A stretch of DNA of 64,000 bases from Bigelowiella natans CCMP2755. Its lineage: Eukaryota > Protista > Cercozoa. The notes below the pieces were generated by a model. That model was given only the letters and a program-made list of their open reading frames with translations, was not told the origin of the DNA and did no database searches. Position numbers and translations under genes: made by a program. The first letter of the stretch is position 1. Every line of letters starts with the position of its first letter. Location: assembly GCA_000320545.1 (NCBI GenBank), contig ADNK01000425.1, positions 4,447 through 68,446 on the forward strand, written 5' to 3'. This document shows positions 40,030-51,326 of the stretch, piece after piece.

Positions 40030-40560
40030 CAAGGTTGCATGCGACGTAAGTCTCTCCAACGTACAACGCACCATCGAGTAACTGTGCACGCATGCTAGAC
40101 GCTCTAGCGCTACATATAAGCGCGGCGCTATTGCAGCAAGGCCGATGCCAGTATGCTAGTAGTTCGCAAGACCGGCCTTCACGATTAAGACAGTCGTCTT
40201 TTTATAAATAACGCTCTAGACGTGCAATTGACGATGACAAGGGGATATGCACGTGCTCATCCCACATACAGCTTTGGCAATTGCACAACCACATACACGC
40301 ATGCATCGTAACCTACCAGCAGACGTGAGATACGATGTGTGCGTCTGAAGCCCAACGCCCCAGCTGCCGCATTACGTACGCTAATAAGTCGCTTGGATAA
40401 GTAAGTGAAATATGCCGCCTATTTTTGGCCTCCAAAAGTGGGAAAGTCAATTCATTCGTTAACAAAAACGTGAACGTAACCATGCTGCCGCATGTGAAGT
40501 GCTTTGAGTGCACAAGGACGTGTTTTGTATTGTTGCATGGCTGGCAGGTGAGGATTAATT
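40030..40560. other. TG/CA/CG/CTAG-rich block at convergent junction
   Basis: Composition shift between the ZnF gene stop (39910) and the MazG-like gene stop (40631). Confidence 0.6.
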
Positions 40561-40630
40561 ACCTGCTATATGTACTTATGTTGAAATTGTGCTTAATAAC
40601 TTTTTGTTTTAGCTTAGAATTGATATTAAT

Positions 40631-41875
40631 CTAATCATCGTTAATGGAATTATCTTCGTCATTCTTCGCCTGGCACCATTCTTCGAACATGGTCTTGAAA
40701 ATCGAACCCATTCCAAAGGAATGTACTGCCCCAGATAAAACGTATTGAATGTCGCATAATGCATCTGCAACTTCCACTAGATCATCTTCAGCAATTGCCT
40801 GTTCCAATTCTCTTGTTTCTTCATCTATGAGCGCGATTCTTAGCTCACAAATTCTCTTTGACGGAATTTTGGGACTGTCAAGAATTTGGCATTGATACAA
40901 TCGGTGAAACTCGGCTGTCTGATTTCCGCAATCTAGTGTAGGATATTGACCAAGAACTATAGGGTTCCTCGTCACATGACTCAATACCCCTTTTATGTCC
41001 GCTGCTGAGTAATATATTGATTTAAGAGTTTTGAGGTCGCCTTTTCGTAGGACCAAATACTTATTCGAATGCACAAGTTTGTAAAATGATTCTGTACCCC
41101 GATTCTTTTTGTAATGAACAACTGTTTCTTGAGCATGACCTTCGTTATCACAAAGCTTGCTTAAATTAGATCGATGAACTTCATCAAATAATTTCTTGAA
41201 GCTCATTCCCATTCCACAATCAAGAACAACATGTGAGAGAGAAAATTGGAGGCAGCACAAAGCCTTCGAAATGGCATCAATAGATTTTTCCTTGATACTT
41301 TGTTCCAAATTTCCAAGCCCAATTCGCAGCATCTTGAGATGCGAAACACACAGTTCTTTTTTTGGAATTGCAATCGAGACTGGGAATGAAAGACCATTCT
41401 TCCCAAAAAAATTAGCCAGGAGGTTTAGAGTGTCGGGAAATTCATAGGACGGTTGTATTTCTTTGCCATTTTCTTTGAAATCAAGTTTGCGTGCAGTTTC
41501 ATTCGTCTGTTGCTTCGACCAGTCTTCGCTTACCTTAGCACGTAAGGTCTTCAAGGTAGACGGAGGGGAGACTTTTAAATCACTGACAGGAGTTAAGGGT
41601 GAAGTGCTGGAATCAACTATCGTAGATCTTCGCGAGGGACTTGAATAATTTGTAGGCTTCCGCGAGCATTCCGTGTTTTTCTCAAGAGGCTTGGTAGAAC
41701 TCATCGTCGTCCTTACGGTGGTGGGTTGATTTATGAAGTTCTTCCAGAGGGAAACATACTGCTTCCCGCCAATAAATATTATTCTAGGACATGTACCCCA
41801 ATACCAACCAACCAATCTCCGGAGAGTCTCTGGATGATACATGTCTGCAGCTTGGAGCTCTAACCATTTCTCCAT
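40631..41875 (-). CDS. Tandem MazG-like/PRA-PH (all-alpha NTP pyrophosphohydrolase) domain protein, single ORF
   Basis: Domain 2: LRIALIDEETRELEQAIAEDDLVEVADALCDIQYVLSGAVHSFG. Domain 1: degenerate helices plus FDEVHRSNLSK..KTLKSIYY. True start may be the internal MSSTKP. Confidence 0.85.
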   Translation of the reverse strand: MEKWLELQAADMYHPETLRRLVGWYWGTCPRIIFIGGKQYVSLWKNFINQPTTVRTTMSSTKPLEKNTECSRKPTNYSSPSRRSTIVDSSTSPLTPVSDLKVSPPSTLKTLRAKVSEDWSKQQTNETARKLDFKENGKEIQPSYEFPDTLNLLANFFGKNGLSFPVSIAIPKKELCVSHLKMLRIGLGNLEQSIKEKSIDAISKALCCLQFSLSHVVLDCGMGMSFKKLFDEVHRSNLSKLCDNEGHAQETVVHYKKNRGTESFYKLVHSNKYLVLRKGDLKTLKSIYYSAADIKGVLSHVTRNPIVLGQYPTLDCGNQTAEFHRLYQCQILDSPKIPSKRICELRIALIDEETRELEQAIAEDDLVEVADALCDIQYVLSGAVHSFGMGSIFKTMFEEWCQAKNDEDNSINDD

Positions 41876-42075
41876 CTTTTTTTCGACTGTGGGTACCCCA
41901 GGGCCCCAGGGGAGATGTTATTTCTCTCTTGCGACTTAACTAAATCATGGTCTCTCACATGTAATGGCTTCCATCACAGCCCAATCCAGGCAATCTCGTG
42001 TTGGAAGAAAAAAGTGACATTCGAAGGTCGACCTACCCTAACCCAAGCACCTCCTCTAGAACTTCACATAGATTC

Positions 42076-43343
42076 ATGAGCGGGAAATCCTGGATTCTTG
42101 TTAGGGCAGAATCCAATGAATTGTGTTCTGGAGTGGAGATCAGGATTGCGCAGGTAAGTTCCTCACATCAGAGTGGGAGAGGGAAAAGAGAGAATGAAGC
42201 CAGGAACATAACATTGCAACAACTCAGGTCGAAAATCCAGATTATACCCATTGGATGGTTAGAAATTCAGGCATGGGAATTACACACAGCGGTGTACTCA
42301 TTGAGACACGAATTGATCATCAGCACGATGGAATTCGTCAAGCTATCGTCGATCTTATTGTAGTCGAAAATGTGCCATACATTGCAATAAGGTGATGACG
42401 GAATCTTCCCAATTATTTATCTCGATCGTAATTTAGTCATGTTTTCTTCATGTTTACGATGTTTTTGTATAGATACTATGGGACATCTCGTAGACGGTGG
42501 ACACTTGACAAGGAGAAAAAGTTGATAAGATACTACAGGAAACATACTTTTGACGCTGGGGGAAAGCCTTGGAAGTATACTAGAGATAACATTAAAAACC
42601 TCCCAATGATACATGTCATTGACTCTGGAAAATGGGGAGAAATTGAGACGGATCGAAGACACCATCAATGGGTAGACGAAATTGCGGAGAACATGCGACT
42701 GCGGGTGAAAGAAGGTTTTCACATACTCCGGAGAAATTGCCAGCATGTCGCTGCATGGACAATAAACAAAGTACAAATGGACTCAATTGGACAAAGTAAA
42801 TTGCCCTTTCTTGCAGCCCCCCCAAATACCATTTTTAGACTGTTCTCAAAAGATTGGCTTCCAGATAACATTAAACACGAGAATCAACCATCCAAAAGGC
42901 CAACTCCAGACCATGAAGGCAGCACAATTGATGATACCTCAAAAAATGGAGAATGTTGCGCTGATGTAGAGGAAACAGTATCGCAGATTGAAACAATGAA
43001 CGACCTCAAAGAAGGAATACTCCAGATTGAGGAAAATGAAAAGGACCCCTCTCCAAATAAGAAAATGGCAAGTTCAGGTATTGATCAAATCGACAAGTTC
43101 AAGAAGATCTTCAGAAACCTCTCAAAAGAAAGCTTCTCAGTAAAAAGTTTGGATCCTGTCGTTGAAAGTTCTCGTCAAAAATTGTCACCAACAGAAGATA
43201 GCAAGAGAATCATCAGCAGTGATGTAGATGACAAAATTATTTTGATCATGGAAGAAAACGAATGGACAATTCTTTCAAGAAACGTAAAATACCAACATGA
43301 TGGGGAAGGTTTCACCCCACTATCAAACAATATAAATCTTTGA
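42076..43343 (+). CDS. PPPDE/DeSI-like permuted papain-fold peptidase, 3 exons
   Basis: GMGITHSGVLI (catalytic His) precedes FHILRRNCQHVA (catalytic Cys); introns at about 42154-42227 and 42392-42472. Confidence 0.7.
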
Positions 43344-43379
43344 GAACACGAGATGTAGGACCACATGTGAAATTTTAAT

Positions 43380-44230
43380 TTGCAAAAAACAGTGCCACTG
43401 CTAGCACTGGCCTTCACATCAGCGTACACTAGTGCATGTAGTACGCAAAGCTCGCTGAGAAACATGATGTTCGTGTTAGACACACGATGTCTATGTGTGT
43501 GCCAGTGTCTAGGTGTGCAACAATGTCATGTCCATTGCGCACCACATCTAAAGTCTGAAGACATGTTGCAGGAACTCACTTGTGGTTCACAAATCGTCGA
43601 TGAATTCATGCAAGCGCATTCTCGCTAGTGTTGCGCAACAAGCACTAGAGCAACAAGCTCTAGAGCTAGCTACAGAGCTGTGAACTGATGGAATCAAGTC
43701 CACATCTAGTCATCTGCTAGTCGTGAACACAGGCGCTGTGACCTCACACCAGCACACCTGCGCTCTGGCTTGGCGGTGCGTGACTGCGCTAGTGCGCATG
43801 AAATGTGCACTGTGTGCGCTCGCAGAATCTTGATTCATTTCGTTGGTTGCTTGCACAATCCAGTGAATGATTGTGAACGCGCATTTGGCCAGACGGCTCG
43901 AGCGACGCAAGACGCGAACAGTCACAGCGTGGCGTTGAAGCAGTGCAAGCAGGGTCAAACAATGAGAGCCTCTGAGGAAGGTGATGGCACTTGCATGTGT
44001 CTCATTCATCATCACACCTGAATTGGGAAGGGAAACAACAGCTGCGCAATCTCTGCTTTGGGACAAGTCTCAAGTTTTTCTCCTTTCGAAGTCACATGCG
44101 CCTTGTGAGCGTCATGAGATTCACTCTCAGATTCTGTTTGAGTTACGTGTGAAGATCTTCACGGAGACTCTATGGCGAGAGCATTGTTGCCCGTTAGTGT
44201 CCGTCAGTGTCCGAAGAGGGGCCATTTAGT
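43380..44230. other. TpA-depleted, CTAG-sparing block downstream of the PPPDE gene
   Basis: Hand count: 43700-44140 has only 3 TpA, all inside CTAG. Confidence 0.85.
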
Positions 44231-44344
44231 GTGTGCGTCAATAGAAATGCGAAAACATTTCCTACATTTTGTTGTATTAATATTTGTGCATTGACTGACT
44301 AACCAGCCAAGAAAAAAACGATGCTCTTTTTAGTAGTTACATGT

Positions 44345-44670
44345 AGTCATTCTATTCGCATCTTTGTGCGTTGTTGTTGTTCTTGTTCTTGTTCGATGTT
44401 CTTTGTTAATAAATAGTTTTGAGTTACATGTAGATCTAGTTACAACCTGTAGATCTAATTCTATTCGCATCCTTGATTTTGTCAGTGTTGTTCGATGTTC
44501 TTTGTTAGTTGCTCGATGTTCTTTGTTAGTTGTTCGATGTTCTTTGTTAGTGTTGTTCGATGTTCTTTGTTAGTGTTGTTCGATGTTCTTTGTTAGTGTT
44601 GTTCGATGTTCTATAATAGTTGTTCGATGTTCTTTAATAGCTGTTCGATGTTCGATGTTCTTTGTTAGTG
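44345..44670. repeat. Partial dispersed-repeat heads plus minisatellite (gtgttgttcgatgttctttgtta, about 8 units of 21-23 bp)
   Basis: attctattcgcatc(c/t)ttg occurs twice, followed by the tandem units; related reverse-complement units at 37065-37125. Confidence 0.85.
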
Positions 44671-44914
44671 TCGTAGATCTGGAAGATCATCATCATCATC
44701 ATCATCATCATCATACTCCCCACACCACATCATGTCACTGCTTACGGGAATAATCAGAATAGTGAAGAGTGTAGACACATTTAATCACCTTAGAACGGCC
44801 TCAGACTGAACCTCAGATGAACGGACGAATTATCCCTGATATTATTTCCGAAAATATATTAAGACAATAGGGAGGAGACAGTAGTGGACTATTTTATCTA
44901 ATCTCAATTAACGA

Positions 44915-47900
44915 ATGATTACTGACCAATTTGGCCAACGGGAAAGGGGGGCTCCTCAAGATTACTACTACGATAATGGCGGTGGCGACTACACCAACGA
45001 GGATCAACAAATCCTCAGTTCCCGTCATCATCATCCTTTCGCTGTCAACGAGCAGCCCCCCCCCACTAGTCGACAAAATTTGATGATATCTCGTGGTATA
45101 TGAAGATACAGTGTAAAAATAACACAACAACTCTCTTCTTACATTACGTAATATTAGGTGTTCCTAGCCGTTCCCCCAGCCAACCTCTTAAAATTCCCAG
45201 AAGTAGCAATGTTTCGGTAGAATAAAGGCGATAACTAATTAAATGATGACTCTTCATAATAGTTATGTTTCAGGTCAAACGTCGCCCCCAACAGATTCCC
45301 AAGCATGCTATTCCCAGCACGAGCAATCCATTCAATGCATCGTCGTCCTATGGGCATTATACATCTGATGATGCCTTAGGAGAGACACAGACAGCTTTAG
45401 CTGAGCGATTACAACGGATCCACATGCACGGAGAGGGATTTGAAAAAGAAGATGAGTATCACACTGCTATCGAGCAACTGGTATTGTTGTTATTATTAAC
45501 ATATTATATTATTATTTATTCCCTTATTTTGGGTTGATCCTTCCGTTAAATTCTGCCGGTTAATCTACAGGGTGTATTTAACTTTGAGGCAAAGGATAAA
45601 TTGCTCAAGTTGCAACGGAATCGTCCTACTACCAGTACTAATTCACAGAAGAAGGAGAAGGAGGAGGATACCACTGATTATTACAATAACCCAGACAGTA
45701 ATAACAATACTAATAGTAGTTATGTGAATTTTCAATGCACTACTTCCAAGAGAGAGGGCAAATTCCACAGTGGAGACGAAGGAGAAGAAGATACGTACTA
45801 TGGCCAACAAACTCCAAATTATAATGGCGGGAGCAGGAAAACTCAAAATACTTCTTCATTGTTGAAGCATTTGGACAACTCGACGTTTATACAACATGAT
45901 TGTGATGATTATGATAAGAGAAAAGGTAAAATAAATATTTCTGCAAGTGCAAAGAGGAATTATAATGGCTCTTCTTCTTCTCCTTCCTCTCGTGTGACTC
46001 CTGATGGATACAAACATGACGATCACTTTCCTCCAAAAAGTCCCATTAAAGATGACGACAAGGAAATGCACGAATATCAACGCAATTACATATTCTCGAA
46101 GACTACAGAGAGGCACAATACTGTGACGTATCCTCCTGCTGCAGATGACTCATCATCACCATCATCATCATCATCATCATTATCCCCCTGCATAGAAACA
46201 GCAGCAGCAGCAGTAGTAGGGCCTGCTCCTCAAATTTTCCCATCATCAGTAAAATCTCCTTCTCCCCATCATCCTCTTGCTCCTGTGGAACAGCAACAAA
46301 ACTTATTAGGTATGAGAATGAGCAGAGGGTTCGGTCTTCCGAGCTCAAGTGCAGAAGTAGATCCTCCTCCACCACCATTAGAAGGAGGTGCTCTACTCGA
46401 TCACCACCAAACTGGTCGTAGCAGAAAGTCGCAGAAGAAGAACAAAAATGTTTATGACAATGCCAAAGATGTTGCTGCTTCTAATTATGATGATGATGAT
46501 GACGACGATGATGGTGTCCAAAAGAACTATTCCTTGAAAAGGGGGGATTTAGGTCAGGACGACTCTATTTCTGCACAACGGTTGTTGCCTTCTCCATCTG
46601 TGTTGTTGACTCCTAAATCATCATCATCATCATCATCAAGAAGAAGAAGAAGAAGAAGAGACATAATTGGAAAATATGAGGGAGGCAGTAGTTGTAGTAG
46701 AGATCCTCCTCCCTACGATGGAGGAGGAGGAAAAGATCTTGGTATTATTCATTCTGCTCAGCAGACAGAGGGGTTAGCGAGGAGGAGGAGGAGGGAAAAG
46801 CTGCTTGTTAATGGGGATTATCAGTTAGAAAGAGCAACACTTATAAGAAGAAGAAGAAACAATCTTGTTGCAGCAGCTTCTTCTCCCAAAGAAGGAGGAG
46901 GAGGAGGAGGAGGTGGTGGTTTAGAAAACCAGTACTATCCCAAGACCCTTTCTACTAATGATTTCAAAGTTGAAAAAAATAGTAGTAGTACCAATCATGT
47001 CATTCAAAATTCTCAACGGTTTGGAAGTTTAAAGGAGCTCAGAAATGGCTGCATGCTAACGCCTTCAAAAAGAAACAAGATTAAAATTGGAACAACGGCT
47101 GTCCAAAAGAGTCAAGAAGAAGATCAGCTTGTAAGCGATGATGATGATGATCGCATCTTGATAAGAAGAAGCAGCAATGCAGTACAAGAAGGAATCCCAC
47201 CTTATGCGGCACCAAGTGGCAGGAGGACACCATTGCTCGGAACACGACCTGATCAACTATCAACTAACGATTTCTCGCTTACAGCAACGAACAACTTTTC
47301 TCATACAAATAATCTTTATGCTGATGCCCTCGAAGGCAATCATAACAACAAGCACTCAATTGGAAGAAGCAGCAGTACAATTCATCCAAATGGTAGGGGT
47401 AAGAAGAGCCAGAATAAAGGAAATCATGATGAGGAGTGTGATACTAACATTAGGGTATTCCCAACACCGGTCTATGACGACATGACAACACAAGAATCCC
47501 TTGTAATATCTCAGAGTATTCTTCAGGCGAATAAACAACAATTTGATGATAATAATAATAATAATAATGATGATGATGATGATCAACAACGTAGAAGAAC
47601 TTTCCTGTCCTTGAGGGAGGAAGAGGGTGGTGATGGTAGTGGTGGTGGTGGCTTTAACTTTAATGATAATACTGGAACATACACGGATCCATTCTCAACA
47701 ACCGGTGCTACTACTACTACTGATATTGAGGATAGTTATGATAATCATCTCCTTGGGAAACAAAGTAGCGGAGGAGCCGCCCGGTGTAATTACAATAATT
47801 ATAATAATGAGAGGACAAACAGTCACAAAGAAGCATCCACTACGTCAAGAAGACCCAGATCTAATAGGAGCGGCACCCATTTGGAGAACAAGGAACAGCA

Positions 47901-49336
47901 GGAGCAGCAAAGTTTGGGTACTATTCCATCATCTTTTCTTTGCTTCCAAGAGGGGAAGAATTACCTGGAACAACATCCAGAGGGCTACTTACCAAAAGCA
48001 ATGGATGATGATGATGATGATGATGATGATACTAGCACGCATAGAAAGCAGCAGCAGCAGCAGCAGCAGCAGTATATTCGGCCAGGGTCAGCATCCAGAA
48101 GGGAGAAAAGAAAGGGAGCAGGAAGAAGAGCAAAGAGGGTCATCAATCGAGGGGGGGGAAGGGGGGGAGAGAAGAGGGAAATAGGGCGCAAATTGAAGAA
48201 TAATATAGCACCGATGAGCTTTAAAACGACAGGTCTACAACACAACTCACCGGAATCTTCGCAAACATTTCGAGAATATCGTGGGCATCATGATCATGAT
48301 CATGATGCCCACATCATTTGTGGTGATACTACTACTACTACTACTACTACTTCAACCGGAGCAGAAATCTCTTTTGATCACCTCTCTAGCCATAACATCC
48401 ATGACAGTGGTAGTAGCCATGAATTTTTGAACACCCACGATTTTGAGGACTACAATCCTGAAGAAGAAGAAGTGCTAGCAGAGCAACTGAGAAGTAGTAG
48501 TAATCGCAGCGGCAGTTTACTAATTAGTGAGCAGCTTGAAGAAGAAGAAGGAGGAGCTCTAAATAATGGGCGATTAAGTTCAAATATGAACAGCATTGCA
48601 ATGAATGTACACACACGAACGAATAACATACTATCTCCAGCTTCACGAGGAGTGTGCGAACAAAGAGTACTGCCAAAGGACACACCACCACCACCACCAC
48701 CTCTCAGTAGGGATAGGGAGAAGCAGCACCTTCATCATCATCATCAGCAGCAGCAGCAGCAGGAACATCGTCATCATCATCATCGTCATCATCATCATCA
48801 TCATCATCATCATCAGGGATTGGATGTATCGTCTCAACCTATAATGACGGCAGACACACAAAAGAATTACCACCACCACCACCCACTTATCACCACCACC
48901 ATTGACGACACTGCTGCTGCTGCTACTACTACTACTACTACAACTTCTTCTTCGCTCTGGGATGCGAGAAGCATGAGAGAATCTTCAGTAGCTGAGGAAC
49001 AACTTAAAAATAATACTCCGCTTGATGCTGCTTTATCGAAAGAAGGAGGAGGATATCTAGGGGCATGCAGGCACTGTCAACGAAAATTTAACCTTCGATC
49101 TTTGCAGAAACACGAACGTGTCTGTCAAAAGGTAGTGTGATGTAATGCAATACAAGCTTTTCTTTTAAAACAATTATAACTCGATTCATTTGTTACATAC
49201 AGGTATTTTCTTCAATAAAACGTAATCAAAGAAATCTCTCATCATTGCAGCAGAAAAGTATAGTAAAGTCTAACAAAGGATGCCGCCATCCATCAATACA
49301 AGGCCTTGCAAACTCAGTAGTTAGTGCTCAATGTGA

Positions 49337-49369
<33 letters not shown>

Positions 49370-50054
49370 AATCGCTAGCCGTCGTTGTAGTTCAAGAAGT
49401 CCAACTTGTTTGAAACAGAAAAGACAGAATAAAAGTTCTGGTCTGAATTCAGGAAGGTCAGCAGGAACCAAGGATTCTTCCAAACAAACACAGCAGCTCC
49501 ACGCTAAGGCGCTACCAATCCGCACAGCAGCAGCCATGAAGCTGCACCCTTCCAAAAGTTCCCAGGAGAAAGAATCCCTTCTGGATAAGAAGAGGGAAAT
49601 TTATAAGCCTAAAAGGTGTAGTAGTCGTAGTAGCAGCAGCAACAGCAGCAGCAGCAGAGATCACTTGTTGAAAAGAAGGCCACCAAGCGTCAATCGACGA
49701 TCAAGGTCACGGACAGAACAGCGAGCAGTTCCTTTTGATGGAGGTGTATGTAGCATGTGTAATGCTCCGATACGTAGTAGTAGTGGTAGTAGTACTACTA
49801 CTACTAAAGATAGGTGCCGTCAGTGTGGTAGCAGTTTCACACTTTGTCCACCAAAATTTCCCCGCCACCGTGTTCGTGGAACCAGTGCAAGCACTGCCTT
49901 TGTGAATAAGCAAACCAACGATTCTGCACGTAACACGACATCTTCTTGGTCAAGAAGACGTAAAAATTTGGGTAAAGCTGTCTCCAAAAAATCTGAAATT
50001 TCTCCTCGAGGAAATGAGACCAAGTCGAATTCGCGTTCAAATCGACGGGCATGA
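44915..50054 (+). CDS. Large low-complexity protein with C2HC zinc finger (ZC2HC1-like), multi-exon
   Basis: 3.5-kb exon (ORF 45601..49140) ends CRHCQRKFNLRSLQKHERVCQK and splices to VFSS..; CSMC..CRQC in the last exon; many homopolymer runs. Confidence 0.75.
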
Positions 50055-50159
50055 ATTCATTGAAAAAAACGATGTATTGTTTCATTGCAAGTTTGTGTAA
50101 AGAATGCAATCATGTTTTGATCAATTCTGCTGCCATATTTCTTTCAAGATGTTTAAGGT

Positions 50160-51300
50160 GTTTGCCTGTCTAGCTGTCTAGCTAGCGCTGTTGATAGTAT
50201 CTAGCGACACATGGAGCTTGCATGCCATGAACTAGTGAACAGCGTGTGAGCATTTGTGAAGCTCCTACCACATCTCTAGATCTAGATTTGATCGAGCAGA
50301 CATCGATAACCTATGCTAGCTATCTACGTGTAGCCGCTGCATGTGCTAGTCTAGTAGTGTGTTGTAGATGTGCACAGGATGCACTTTAACATACATCTGA
50401 CGGTTCGAATCAGCGCCGTTACGTATAGATATGTGGCTAGTGTGGCACTTGCAAGCTAGAAAGCACTTCTAGACTTACGCCGGGCTACATGAAAGGCATT
50501 GAATATGGTCATGCGCTGGCGTCAGCTTTCATCAGTCCTTCTCAAATTCTCATACACGCTTATAGCTAGATAGCCTTTATCATAACACTCTAAGAATTGT
50601 TGTGCGTTGCTGTGCTCTGCGCTCTGTGCTCTGTGCTCTATCTATCTAGCTAGCGAGATCACTAGCTAGGCTTCGCTTTGCTTCATGACAATTTTAAGCA
50701 CGTAGTGAACAATGGACACCAACACGGCTAGACGGCTAGACGGACACGCGACAACTAGACAATGAGATGCTGCACTAGTGCACAGATGCAACAGCTGGTG
50801 AAATCATTGAAATAATAATAATACAGCATGCATTTCAATGAATGTAACACATATTTCCTACGCCTAGTAGCTAGCCAGCTAGACATGCTGCGAGAAAGTC
50901 AAAATAGCACATTGTTTCGCGTTGTTGTCCAAAACGTTGTATCCATTGTGTCGCCATGCGCTTGACAACGTCTTGAAACATATCTGGAAATTGATCGATC
51001 TTTAATGCATTGCTCGATCGTCGCGTGAGAACAATGGTAGCTGTACTAGTCTAGTAGTGTAGCACAAGTTGTTATAATTAGATGAGTGTCAACTGAGCTC
51101 TGCAGATGCCTGCTAGATGTCTAGGTGTGCTAACAAAGCGCAAGCTACGGATGGATGCCGCAGCAGGAATGCTGTTAAACTCTCGATTTATTGATATCCT
51201 TCCATGAATTAATCATGTGGCACTGACGTGTCTATGGGTGTAAAGGAAGAAGTTCTCAGGAAAATTAGACACAAATAATTTCCAGAGGATCGAATGTCGG
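50160..51300. other. CTAG/TG/CA-rich block at convergent junction
   Basis: Numerous ctag/ctagctag and tgca/catg between two 3' ends. Confidence 0.7.
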
Positions 51301-51326
51301 CACCAGCGTAGAATTGCAACACCTTC

